The translations under genes were made by a program, and so were the position numbers. A DNA stretch of 64,000 nucleotides, taken from positions 1 through 64,000 of IMG/VR virus record IMGVR_UViG_3300037067_011302. One strand, given 5' to 3'. The stretch is from a virus (Duplodnaviria > Caudoviricetes). Below the pieces are notes generated by a model. The model did not search any database and was not told the origin of the DNA. It saw nothing but the letters and a program-made list of their open reading frames with translations. Positions 16,901 through 26,573 of this stretch are shown piece after piece (position 1 is the stretch's first letter; each line of letters starts with the position of its first letter).

Positions 16901-17552
16901 ATTTCTCCTCGTCGTATTCTACAACACTTGGACCATCGATCAACTCCCGTAGTGCAAGGTAAATGTCATTTCCGTCAATTGCATCACCAACGCACGTCCA
17001 TCCAGGACGCTGCCTCCTTGCAAACATCTCTAACTTGTTCGCATTCGGAAACATCTTCTCGAGCTTGTCCTGCAGTGACTCTGGCTTCGTTGAGTGCCTC
17101 GTCCTCTCGTCGAGGGAGACAGAACGTTGCGAGTGGTCGTTCAACTTCTTGTAGACGTCCTTTCCCATCGTGCCAATCAAGACAATCTCGTGTGACTGCC
17201 TGAACAACCGACCCATTCCGAACGCCAAGACGTCATTCACGTTGGTGACGACAGCACCCGGTTTTGATTGCTTCGTCTTGACCCAGACGAACGTCTGCTT
17301 GAACGTAAACCCCCACATGTGCATGAGGTCAAGACCGGTGCTCAACAACGTCGACGGTACCCAGAGCGCGAGAACGCTACCCGATGGATCGGCAAGTTCC
17401 TTTACGTCGAGCTGTGCCAGCTCAGAAAATGACAGCGTGCTATACTGCGACGCCGCACCACGCCTCACGGGCTTCTTCATCGCCTTGAGACCGTCGCTGA
17501 ACGACCACGGAGGATCGACGACGATTACGTCAAATGTCACTGCACCCATCAC
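16878..17552 (-). CDS. MT-A70-family adenine methyltransferase
   Basis: VVDPPW, LALWV, WGF, FVWVK, HSTKP, KLEMFAR. Confidence 0.92.
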   Translation of the reverse strand: MMGAVTFDVIVVDPPWSFSDGLKAMKKPVRRGAASQYSTLSFSELAQLDVKELADPSGSVLALWVPSTLLSTGLDLMHMWGFTFKQTFVWVKTKQSKPGAVVTNVNDVLAFGMGRLFRQSHEIVLIGTMGKDVYKKLNDHSQRSVSLDERTRHSTKPESLQDKLEKMFPNANKLEMFARRQRPGWTCVGDAIDGNDIYLALRELIDGPSVVEYDEEKFEDDEIK

Positions 17553-18130
17553 TGCACCTCCTTGATGATGTTCATGATGTTCTCGTGCGTTTCTTCGATG
17601 TTTCCTCTGTTCGTCACGACGATCGTGTCGGTGCAGTTGCGATTTGCGTACGAAATGTAGCCCCTCTTGACGCTCGATTGCAGTTCGTTGTCACTCTCAT
17701 ACGTGTCAGGTGATTCAATGCGCTTATACGTTGCACCGTCGATGATCAACGTAAATGTAGGCCTGAACAACAACGCCGTTAGAAATCTTGTGAACAACGC
17801 ATTTGCACCTGATGCATTGCCGTACACGACCTGCGATGCCGACCAACGATCGAGCACAACGTATTTGCACGTCAACACGCTCCATAGGATTGTCGTGAAT
17901 TGTGCAATGAACTTGTTCGTAAACTGGATGAACTGAAATACGTTCGGATATCGACCTGCGGAACCCGTCCTCAGCATTCGATAGATCAACGAATGAACGA
18001 GCGGCATCCTAACTGGAACCTCGTGCAGCGCAACTCGACACCCATGTTCTTCTATGGCGTGAACTAACTTCTTTGCTTGCGTGTGCTTTCCGACCCGATC
18101 AGCCCCCTCAATCGCAATGATCTTTGTCAT
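17549..18130 (-). CDS. tmk: Thymidylate kinase
   Basis: IAIEGADRVGKHTQ, VLDRWSASQVVY. Confidence 0.88.
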   Translation of the reverse strand: MTKIIAIEGADRVGKHTQAKKLVHAIEEHGCRVALHEVPVRMPLVHSLIYRMLRTGSAGRYPNVFQFIQFTNKFIAQFTTILWSVLTCKYVVLDRWSASQVVYGNASGANALFTRFLTALLFRPTFTLIIDGATYKRIESPDTYESDNELQSSVKRGYISYANRNCTDTIVVTNRGNIEETHENIMNIIKEVQ

Positions 18131-18239
18131 TCTACAACCTCACTTCTGACAAAAATAAACCACCCGTCCTGACTCGTTCACTCATGTCAAGAATCTGACA
18201 GGATTGGAACGTGATGAACAAGGAAGAAGCATGACGTGT

Positions 18240-18245
18240 TATTTA
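18240..18245 (+). promoter_or_regulatory. Putative late promoter TA(C/T)TTA (representative site)
   Basis: Also at 19520, 32762, 46205, 47785, 52442, 53709, 56849, 59993, 62008, 63241 and 63709, nearly all in front of structural or leader-motif genes. Confidence 0.7.
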
Positions 18246-18250
18246 GCGAC

Positions 18251-19453
18251 ATGAAGATCATCCTCGGAACACTGCGCCACCTGATCAACGAGGCCTTATT
18301 GTTTGAGGATCGTGTTTCTGACGCGAAGAAAAAGTACCCTGAATTCGATGCAGAGATCGATGAATTGGCTTCTTCAGATCCATCTGGTTCTCAGAAGTAC
18401 CTAGCATGGAGCGTAAAGCAGTTGTCGTTGGGCGCAAGTATCAACGATTTGATTCCGACCGTTGAGTTCTTCCATAGAAATACACCTAAATTCAAGAATA
18501 GGGATATCAACGCCTATAAGACGTTGAAGGAGTTAGAGGATGAATTGAAGTCAATTTCACCCACTAAGACTCAGGAACGAAAGGCAGTGAAGGAGACAGG
18601 TGTTGAGAAGATGGGCGAGACCGGTGGGTACGAACTCATCCACGTGAAGAACAAGGGTGCATCACAGTTGTACGGTTCAGGTACCAAGTGGTGCATCACG
18701 ATGAAGGAACGCTCGTACTTTGAACAGTACAATGGTGCGAACGTGATGTTTTATTTTGCACTCTCAAAGACATTGCCGAAGACAAATCCTCTCTACAAAG
18801 TTGCATTCGCTGCACAACGAAATGTGAAGAACGTAGTTCAAAAAATTGACATCTTTGACGCAGAGGATAAACTGCTCGACAAAGTTCCTAATGAACTAGA
18901 AAATTTCTTGAGGATCATTGAACAGGATGCTCCGAAGCGAGAGATAAGTCTACTTGCAAAGATCAAGAACAGAAAAGCAACACTTGAAGAAATAGAACAA
19001 GCGTTAAAATTATATGACGATGATAGTGATACGCTTAAGTTCATTCTGAATTCTAAGTTAGCGGTGCCGTTCCTTCCACGCTATATGCACCATGAGGATG
19101 GATTTATTCGAATCGAAGTTGCAAGATTAATACAACAATCGTACCTGCCAGAAATGATGGATGATGAATTCTATAGAGTCCGTGAATTTGTCGCATGTCG
19201 AATCGATCAATCATACCTTCCACGAATGATGAATGACAGTGAGGCAACTGTACGATGGCACGTCATAAAACTTATTGATCCATCTTATTTGCCTGAGATG
19301 ATGGATGATGAAAACGCACTTAATCGATGGGAAATTGCAAAACGTATCAATCTTAAGCACCTTCGAGCAATGTCAAATGATACCTCAGAATTGGTTCAAG
19401 ATGCCGTGAAAAAACGACTCAGGACCCGTGCTTCGAAAAATCGTCCTCGTTGA
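18251..19453 (+). CDS. Leader-motif / YGxGTKWCI-domain / LRV-repeat protein, copy 1
   Basis: ATG 18251; 24-aa repeats of the type IDPSYLPEMMDD...VR. Confidence 0.8.
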   Translation: MKIILGTLRHLINEALLFEDRVSDAKKKYPEFDAEIDELASSDPSGSQKYLAWSVKQLSLGASINDLIPTVEFFHRNTPKFKNRDINAYKTLKELEDELKSISPTKTQERKAVKETGVEKMGETGGYELIHVKNKGASQLYGSGTKWCITMKERSYFEQYNGANVMFYFALSKTLPKTNPLYKVAFAAQRNVKNVVQKIDIFDAEDKLLDKVPNELENFLRIIEQDAPKREISLLAKIKNRKATLEEIEQALKLYDDDSDTLKFILNSKLAVPFLPRYMHHEDGFIRIEVARLIQQSYLPEMMDDEFYRVREFVACRIDQSYLPRMMNDSEATVRWHVIKLIDPSYLPEMMDDENALNRWEIAKRINLKHLRAMSNDTSELVQDAVKKRLRTRASKNRPR

Positions 19454-19483
19454 TGATGAACCGCCCGTCCTAACTCGTTCACT
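19426..19483. repeat. Duplication junction: 36-bp copy of the thyX 3' end (20856-20891) fused to a 25-bp copy of 18158-18182
   Basis: ccgtgcttcgaaaaatcgtcctcgttgatgatgaac is identical; aaccRcccgtcctRactcgttcact has 2 mismatches; the two overlap on AAC. Confidence 0.9.
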
Positions 19484-19530
19484 AACACATCATCACACGT
19501 CAACGTACGTCATCAACATTACTTAGCAAC

Positions 19531-20883
19531 ATGAAGATTGTTGTTGGAACACTTCGTCGTCTAATTCGTGAAGTCTTGCTTCTTGAAGATCGTGTCTCAG
19601 ATGCGAAGGTGAAGTATCCTGAACTTGAAAAAGAAATCGATGAACTCGCGTCCTCAGATCCCTCAGGTTCACAGAAGTACTTGGCTTGGGGAGCGAAGCA
19701 ATTATCGCGAGGTGCCAGCATCGTAGACTTGATTCCAACGATCGAACTATTTCACAAGAATGCATCACAGTTCAAGAGCAAGGACATCAACTCGTACGTG
19801 TCACTGAAGGAGCTCGAAGACGAAGCAAAGTCAATCACGCCATCGAAATCGCAGGAACGCAAGGTCACGAAGAAAACAGGCATCGAGAGGATGGGCAACG
19901 ACAATGGCTACGAACTCATCTACGTGAAGAACAAGAGTGCAGCGCAACTCTACGGTTCAGGCACCAAATGGTGCATCGCAATGAAGGACGGAAAACACTA
20001 CGAACACTACGTGGGCGCCAACAATGTGTTCTACTATGCGCTATCGAGCACATTGCCAGAAACAAATCCTCTCTACAAGGTTGCATTTGCAATACAACGA
20101 GATTCTAATGGTGCCGTCCGCTATGTTCACATCTTTGACGCAACCGACAAACTTCTCGACAGAGTTCCTGATGAATTGACTGATCTATTGAAGACCGCCG
20201 AACAGGACGCTCCGAAACGTGAAGTGAGCATCCTCACCAAAATCAAGGACGGCAATGCATCATCAGAAGAGATTGAACAAGCTCTCGAATTGTACAAAGA
20301 CAATGCAGACGTACTTGCCTACATTCTTCAACAGAAGTACGCGGCACAATTTTTAACTCGTTACATTGATCACAAGGATGGAATCGTTCGAGCATCAGTC
20401 GCACATTCAATTCAAGTGTCTTACCTGCCTCAATTGATAAACGATGACAATCAATTCGTCAGGGCGACAGTCGCCAGAAGAATCAATTTCAAACACCTTC
20501 CGAAGATGATGAACGACGAATTTTGGGGCGTTCGTAGGAACGTTGCAACCCGGATCAATCCAACATATCTTCCTGAGATGATGAACGACGAAAATTCTAT
20601 GATCCGTGAGACAGTTGCAATCCGGATCAATCCGTCATATCTTCCTGAGATGATGAACGACGAAGACGAGTACGTTCGTCAACACGTTACTTTTCATATT
20701 GATCCATCTTATTTGCCTGAGATGATGAACGACGAAAGCGAACACGTTCGCAAAAATATTGCAAAACGTATCGATCCAAAGTACCTTCAGGAAATGTCAA
20801 ACGACGAATCCCAAACGGTTCAAAAAATAGCAAAGTCAAGGATGCTCAGGCTGCACCGTGCTTCGAAAAATCGTCCTCGTTGA
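19531..20883 (+). CDS. Leader-motif / YGxGTKWCI-domain / LRV-repeat protein, copy 2
   Basis: Paralogue with 72-bp-period DNA repeats (cctgagatgatgaacgacgaa) around 20570-20740. Confidence 0.8.
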   Translation: MKIVVGTLRRLIREVLLLEDRVSDAKVKYPELEKEIDELASSDPSGSQKYLAWGAKQLSRGASIVDLIPTIELFHKNASQFKSKDINSYVSLKELEDEAKSITPSKSQERKVTKKTGIERMGNDNGYELIYVKNKSAAQLYGSGTKWCIAMKDGKHYEHYVGANNVFYYALSSTLPETNPLYKVAFAIQRDSNGAVRYVHIFDATDKLLDRVPDELTDLLKTAEQDAPKREVSILTKIKDGNASSEEIEQALELYKDNADVLAYILQQKYAAQFLTRYIDHKDGIVRASVAHSIQVSYLPQLINDDNQFVRATVARRINFKHLPKMMNDEFWGVRRNVATRINPTYLPEMMNDENSMIRETVAIRINPSYLPEMMNDEDEYVRQHVTFHIDPSYLPEMMNDESEHVRKNIAKRIDPKYLQEMSNDESQTVQKIAKSRMLRLHRASKNRPR

Positions 20884-21679
20884 TGATGAACTTCCTCAAC
20901 TGCTTCCACCCACGTAGATTTCCGCACCTCTCTTTAGTCTCAAGCGGACAAGCAACGTGTTCAAATGGACTGAGGTGACCCTTCACGCGTAGCATGTCAG
21001 CCAACTCGATGTCGGCCGTAGGATCACGCTTTCCATCGTGCGTTAGGTAGCTCACTCTCGCACACCTCCCAGCAGAAATTGAGAGCACGTTTGACAACGA
21101 GTGCCCAGCGGCGCGTAGTTGTTGCTTATCTGTGACGTACGGCGTGTGCCACTCTCCTCTCATGAGGAACTGTGGGCGGCTCGTCTCGTACGAGGCACGC
21201 ATCATCGTCGCAATCGTCCTGATCTCAGGTTGAGCGTCGGCATCCGTCCTCAACGCAAAGAAGTTGCTCCAGTCAGTGGCAGTGCAGATGACGGTATGCC
21301 AGCAGAAAGGTTCAATCAACCTGTTCGCCAATTGCTTGTGCACGCCTAGCTTTGCGAGGTACTTTGCCGACCTGATGGCGTCATTCGTTGCGTTGATCCA
21401 CGTCGCACGTGCCTTTGCGGACGCCTCATCGTCCAGCTGCTCGTGTGCCTGCATTCCCTTCATGTTCTTGCCGAACGATTCAGGAATGAACGGGTCGGCC
21501 TCCAACGATGCAATCCTCCTCTCAACGGGAATCGCTCGGCTTGAGGCACTGTTCCGCGAGAACGTCCGGTGGGTGTTGAACTCCGCCAGGATGATCCGAG
21601 GAAACGTGACCTCCATCGTCGTAAGCCGCACTCCGTTGGTCGAGATGCTGTCCAGAATGACCTTTGATGAAAATGCCAT
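20846..21679 (-). CDS. thyX: FAD-dependent thymidylate synthase (ThyX/Thy1-like)
   Basis: AEFNTHRTFSRNSASSR, NFFALR..DAQPEI, GHLSPFEH. Confidence 0.85.
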   Translation of the reverse strand: MAFSSKVILDSISTNGVRLTTMEVTFPRIILAEFNTHRTFSRNSASSRAIPVERRIASLEADPFIPESFGKNMKGMQAHEQLDDEASAKARATWINATNDAIRSAKYLAKLGVHKQLANRLIEPFCWHTVICTATDWSNFFALRTDADAQPEIRTIATMMRASYETSRPQFLMRGEWHTPYVTDKQQLRAAGHSLSNVLSISAGRCARVSYLTHDGKRDPTADIELADMLRVKGHLSPFEHVACPLETKERCGNLRGWKQLRKFIINEDDFSKHGAA

Positions 21680-21700
21680 GAGTCCTTCCCTTAAACGATG

Positions 21701-21728
21701 ATCCTACACCAGAATGCATCGTCGTTCA
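21701..21728 (-). promoter_or_regulatory. Putative early/middle promoter TGAAC-N17-TAGGAT (representative site)
   Basis: Recurs with 17-18 nt spacing in front of several non-structural genes. Confidence 0.55.
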
Positions 21729-21733
21729 ATCAA

Positions 21734-24196
21734 TCAGCACTTCGACCAACCACAAGCAGAACACGTCACACATCCTTGTAAATATGTCAGCTTCGCACCG
21801 CACTCAGGACAAACCTTTTCCGCGGTCGCCGTGCCATCTTTGATGTAAGTCTTCAACACTCGTGCCAAAACGCTCGAGAAGCTCTGCAGGTCAGAGTGCC
21901 TGTCCTTCTTGAGCTGCTCGCACAGGTAGTGAACTGGGACCCCGTGTCGAAGCGACAACGACGCCATTCTGGTCAGCGCACCGTAGTCAGGATTGTCGAA
22001 CAGCGAAACGATGTCCCTGAAGACGAACTCATCATCGTCACCGACTGGAATGAGGAGGTTGTAGGTGACGATCCCGTCCTTCTTTCCATTCTTGATGAGC
22101 ATTCCCACCTTGATCTTCTTCGGAACCTCAACTCGTTGCTGAAGCCCAGCGAACACCTCGTATGGTTGCTTTTCAAACAAGCCGACGAGCACGAGGTACG
22201 ATTCCCCCTTCACGGTCACGCGGTGAATGTCGCACGGCACTTCCTTCGGACGCTTCGGCGCATGGCTCTCGACGATCGTCTTCGGTTGATCGTCGTGTTC
22301 GTCGGACACAATCACTCCGGACCTACACCCATCGCGGTACACGGTCACGCCCTTGATGCCAAGCTTCCACGCCTTCATGTAGACGTCTGACACCACCTGT
22401 TTTGAAACGTTCTTCGGCAGGTTGACTGTCTTTGAGATTGCGTGTTCACACCACTTTTGAGCGCGAGCCATCACATCAATCGATGCAACCCAGTCGACGT
22501 CATTCATCGTCGCGTTGTGATATGGCGATTCTGACACGTCGCTCTTTCCGGACGCCTTCATCCACGACGTCAGCCCGTGGTGCACGAATTTGTATTCCTT
22601 CCAGGAGTCTCCCAGTTCATCAACGAAACTGACGTTCGGATCGTCAGGCGTCGTCTTGCACCGCCTAATGCCCTCGAGGAACGTCACCGCCTCGATTCCA
22701 CTCGTCGTCTGCGTTTCAATTGAGACAGTACCTGCGGGAGGTGTCGTCGTCAGGCTGATGTTTCTGCGACCGAACTTCGCAAAATCATCGTTGACGTCCG
22801 CGGGACAAACGCTTGCAAGTCGCTTCGCGAATTCATTGTCTGTGTAGCGACCAGGTTCCCACGCAGGAAACGCTCCACGTTCCTTTGCCATCTGGACGCT
22901 CGATGAGTGCGTTGAGACCTCGTGCGTCTTGTAGATCTGTTCAACAACGTCGAATGATTCCTGTGAACCGTACGTGATCCCAAGAGCTGCCAACGTATCA
23001 CCGACCGCCGTGATGCCGGTACCAGTGCGTCGACCACACCTACACGTTTGAAGTATCTTCTGCCACATTGATAGTTCTCGGTGCTTTTCGTCATCGCCTT
23101 CAGGATCGTTCATCACCTTCTCGATGATTCGTTCGATTGCCTCAATCTCAAGGTCGACAAGGTCATCAATCAGCCTCTGCGCCCTCCACGTGTGCTGCGC
23201 AAATTTGAAGTAATCGAAACGTGCCTGCGGCGTGAATGGATCGACAACGTATGACAACGCATTCAATAGGAGAAGGATGCAACTTGAATACTCGCTCAGT
23301 GGTAATTCACCACATGGGTTAGTACAGATGGTGCTAAATCCTTTGTCGGCAAATTCGTCGGCCATCGAGTACTTCAGGACATTGTCCCAAAACAGGACGC
23401 CGGGCTCGGCGTTCGACCATGCCGCGTCAACGATCTTGTTCCAGAGGTCTCGAGCCTTGACGACCTTCGTGAGACGAGCGTCTTCGATTGACTTATCGAC
23501 GGGCCATCGCAGCGTAAATTCAGAATCGTCCTCGACCGCGCGCATGAATTCATCCGTGCACTTGATCGACGTATTCGCACCGGTGACCCTTTTTGGGTCG
23601 CGCTTGATGTCGATGAACGTCTCAATGTCAACGTGTCGAACGTCGATCGTCTCCATCAACGCACCGCGGCGGCCACCCTGCGCGACCTCCCTCGTCGTGT
23701 TTGAGAAACGTTCCATGAAGATGCCTATTCCGTCGCTCGAACCGGCAGCATTCTTCACCGGCAAACCTCGTGGACGTAGTGAACTGATGTCAATACCGAC
23801 GCCTCCCCTACGTTTTTGGATCTGAAGGATCTCTTCGTCAGCACGTGCAATCGACCCGTACGAGTCGGCGGGGGGCGCAATCACGAAGCAGTTCGATAGT
23901 GATTGTACCTTGTACGGATTTCCGATCGCCGACATCGGAGAGCCCTGCGGCACGACGTAGTGAAAGTGATCGAACAACAGAAAGATCTCAGACTCTGACA
24001 TCGCACAATCGTACTTCGACTCAATCCTCGCAAACTCCTTCGCCAACCTGTGGTGCATGTCCTCCGGCGACAGCTCGAGCAGTTCACCTTTATCGTCACG
24101 TAACGCGTACTTGTTTATGAACGTTGCCGCCGCAAGTTCATCACCGTCAAAATACGCCAAAGATGCTCGAAGCGCCTCGTCGTGTGCGTACGTCAT
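21734..24196 (-). CDS. nrdJ: Class II (B12-dependent) ribonucleotide reductase
   Basis: SNCFV, GGRRGA, TNPCGEL, PAGTVS, ISKTVN, TVYRDG, C-terminal CxxC...CxxC. No nrdB nearby. Confidence 0.9.
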   Translation of the reverse strand: MTYAHDEALRASLAYFDGDELAAATFINKYALRDDKGELLELSPEDMHHRLAKEFARIESKYDCAMSESEIFLLFDHFHYVVPQGSPMSAIGNPYKVQSLSNCFVIAPPADSYGSIARADEEILQIQKRRGGVGIDISSLRPRGLPVKNAAGSSDGIGIFMERFSNTTREVAQGGRRGALMETIDVRHVDIETFIDIKRDPKRVTGANTSIKCTDEFMRAVEDDSEFTLRWPVDKSIEDARLTKVVKARDLWNKIVDAAWSNAEPGVLFWDNVLKYSMADEFADKGFSTICTNPCGELPLSEYSSCILLLLNALSYVVDPFTPQARFDYFKFAQHTWRAQRLIDDLVDLEIEAIERIIEKVMNDPEGDDEKHRELSMWQKILQTCRCGRRTGTGITAVGDTLAALGITYGSQESFDVVEQIYKTHEVSTHSSSVQMAKERGAFPAWEPGRYTDNEFAKRLASVCPADVNDDFAKFGRRNISLTTTPPAGTVSIETQTTSGIEAVTFLEGIRRCKTTPDDPNVSFVDELGDSWKEYKFVHHGLTSWMKASGKSDVSESPYHNATMNDVDWVASIDVMARAQKWCEHAISKTVNLPKNVSKQVVSDVYMKAWKLGIKGVTVYRDGCRSGVIVSDEHDDQPKTIVESHAPKRPKEVPCDIHRVTVKGESYLVLVGLFEKQPYEVFAGLQQRVEVPKKIKVGMLIKNGKKDGIVTYNLLIPVGDDDEFVFRDIVSLFDNPDYGALTRMASLSLRHGVPVHYLCEQLKKDRHSDLQSFSSVLARVLKTYIKDGTATAEKVCPECGAKLTYLQGCVTCSACGWSKC

Positions 24197-24262
24197 AATC
24201 TCTCACTCACCAATTCATCGTCCAACAGAGGAAAAAGTGTCATGTCCTTGTAGGTATCAGCA

Positions 24263-25498
24263 TCAAGGTTCGCGGTCGCCGCCCTTCTTTCCGATGGCCA
24301 ACGTCGGATCATCCTGTAGTTCCTTGAGCTTTGCCTTGAGCGCCTTCTTCAAATCGCTCTCATTTTCCTTCGTCGCTTCCTGCAGCGTTCCCGCCTCGCC
24401 TGACACCTCAAATCTACTCTGTGCGGTGTCAATGCGAATGGGAAACACCAATCCGTCACGGCCAACGCGGCTCTTTGCAATGTACAACCTCCCGAAGCCG
24501 GACGCCTTCTCGTGCGCACGCCTGGAGACTGAGACGATCACGTCAGCAACGAATGCCTTTCCGTACGCCTCTGACATGTTGCTGAGATCGATGATGTCGG
24601 AATTTGCGCCTTCCTTATTGCTCTGGCTCGCGCTCCAGATAGGAACCTTTCTCTCGCCTGCCCAACCTCTGAGTTCCTCGTACACCAACTTGAGCTCGTG
24701 CCTCAGTGAGTCAAACTTACGCGTTGAGCGCATGATGTCCGCGTAGTCTATGATGATCAGACCAGGAGTGAATCCCTTCAGTTCAAGGCGTTCAACGTGA
24801 GCACGCATCGTGTAAATTGATGCGGAACCTGTCGGAAATTCTTTGATGATCAACCGACCGTACTTGTTTTCCTTGTAGTGATCGAGAACCGCTTGCTTTG
24901 ACGACATGATATCATCAAAGTCAACGCCACACAAGTATGAATCATACCTACGACCGACAATCGCTTCTGACAACTCCAACGTATAGTGAAGAACGTTGAT
25001 GTTCTGCTTCATGGCATTGGCACCGATCATCGCCAACCAGTGAGAATTATGTGACAACACATCATTAGAATAATAACAATGAACATCTGCAACTTGTATG
25101 TCACATAATCTTTGTAAGCCTTCTATTTGTTGAATAGAAACAACTTTAGCAACACCAGTTCGTACAACTATTAAATCATTACACTTCAATTGTTGAATTT
25201 GTACCCATTCACCTGAACTCAAACGAACTATGTGTTCAGGTGAACACAACATTTCTAAAAGTTGATTATCGCAAATTGAACACGACAATTTTACAATTCG
25301 TTCAAATTTTGTCCATCGCAGTGCTTCAATCTTATGATAACCTCCTTCGCCTAAAATTTCTATATCGTCTGAACAAGACACGCAGCTATCGCCTGTTTCA
25401 TCTGATGGCGATTCTACATGAAAATTTAACTGTTCAAACAAATCGCCTATTTTTACACATTTTTCAATGGTTCGACGCTCGATTGTAGGCATCATCAA
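24263..25498 (-). CDS. dnaB: DnaB/gp41-like helicase, C-piece: long C-intein (25046-25498) plus RecA-fold motor
   Basis: CSPEH (block B), DIQVADVHCYYSNDVLSHN/S, then YTLELS, IIDYAD, SASQSNK, KSR.G. Confidence 0.9.
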   Translation of the reverse strand: MMMPTIERRTIEKCVKIGDLFEQLNFHVESPSDETGDSCVSCSDDIEILGEGGYHKIEALRWTKFERIVKLSCSICDNQLLEMLCSPEHIVRLSSGEWVQIQQLKCNDLIVVRTGVAKVVSIQQIEGLQRLCDIQVADVHCYYSNDVLSHNSHWLAMIGANAMKQNINVLHYTLELSEAIVGRRYDSYLCGVDFDDIMSSKQAVLDHYKENKYGRLIIKEFPTGSASIYTMRAHVERLELKGFTPGLIIIDYADIMRSTRKFDSLRHELKLVYEELRGWAGERKVPIWSASQSNKEGANSDIIDLSNMSEAYGKAFVADVIVSVSRRAHEKASGFGRLYIAKSRVGRDGLVFPIRIDTAQSRFEVSGEAGTLQEATKENESDLKKALKAKLKELQDDPTLAIGKKGGDREP

Positions 25499-26573
25499 TC
25501 TCCTTCAAAATTGAAGCATGATCATTCTTCCAATCACGTTCCCACACAACAACAACCTCGTATCCGTCATCTTGAAGCTCTTGTATTTTACGAGCATCAC
25601 GTTCCCACACAAGTGTGCTTGATCGCTTCGTAAAGGGGTTAATCCAATCAATTGAATACATGTTTGGATTATGATGCCAAAAATCACCAAAAAATTCAAC
25701 TACTAATTTGACGTCGTGATTTACGTAATCACAACACCACCCTATTACGTAGGAATTTTTTTCGCCTGTATATCTACGAACTAATTCATCCGTTAATTCA
25801 TGCTCAACTGTAGAACGTCGTGAATGATTAACAGCTTCGCCTATTTTTCTAATTGCATCTTTTGAATGTTTTTTTCCAAACATTGGATGTTTTTCACCGG
25901 AACGTCCGTAACAAGGTGTTAATGATTTTGCTTCATCTAGTGAAACACCGTGTCTCTCGGCGATTGATTTAATCGACATTGGGTTATTATCGCCCGCAGA
26001 TTTTGCATGTCGAAGCGCTCGAGTCTTATCATTATTACCTTTAAGAGATTGAGTTCGTTGAAATTCAGCAACTTTTACTTTTGCTTCTTCTAAAGAAAAT
26101 CCTTTTCTGATCCAGTGTTTACATTCTGATGGGAATGAACGTTTATCAAGTAACTTTTGACGAACTACTGGATCACTCAAGATCAGTTTAGCTCGTTCAG
26201 AGCATTGAACACGCTGTTCTTGAGATATCTGTTGTAAGATATCTTCGGGAAATTGAGAACGATATTCATCTGTTGACATATTATGCTTACACGTAATGTG
26301 AGAAATAATTGAATACACCGATTCAAATCCGCACAATTTACAAGTCAACAGTTGCAAGTCACTTTCTTTAGCTAGCACCAACTTCAATTCATGATTCGCA
26401 ATACAAAGTGCTTCTTTTTTTGATTCACGTTTTTGTTGTTCAAGCTTATTAATCCCAAATTGTTCTTTGTATTCACTAATCAGTTGTTTGTGCACTCGAC
26501 GTAAATGAGTCACAAATGATGAACGATTGCAAAAAATACGTTCACAATGTAAACACTTCTCAAAGAATTTCAT
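25464..26573 (-). CDS. Free-standing putative homing endonuclease (C2H2 fingers, NUMOD3-like, Vsr/EDxHD-like)
   Basis: HPMFGKKHS, CDY...VEFFGDFWH...RD...GYEVVVVWE. AT-rich. Probable start ATG 26573. Confidence 0.8.
   Translation of the reverse strand: MKFFEKCLHCERIFCNRSSFVTHLRRVHKQLISEYKEQFGINKLEQQKRESKKEALCIANHELKLVLAKESDLQLLTCKLCGFESVYSIISHITCKHNMSTDEYRSQFPEDILQQISQEQRVQCSERAKLILSDPVVRQKLLDKRSFPSECKHWIRKGFSLEEAKVKVAEFQRTQSLKGNNDKTRALRHAKSAGDNNPMSIKSIAERHGVSLDEAKSLTPCYGRSGEKHPMFGKKHSKDAIRKIGEAVNHSRRSTVEHELTDELVRRYTGEKNSYVIGWCCDYVNHDVKLVVEFFGDFWHHNPNMYSIDWINPFTKRSSTLVWERDARKIQELQDDGYEVVVVWERDWKNDHASILKEIDDAYNRASNH

Noticed and set aside
19050-20820. CRISPR array or DGR template/variable repeats
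   Set aside because: The 72-bp periodicity is in-frame protein repeat coding; no unique spacers, cas genes or reverse transcriptase in the window.
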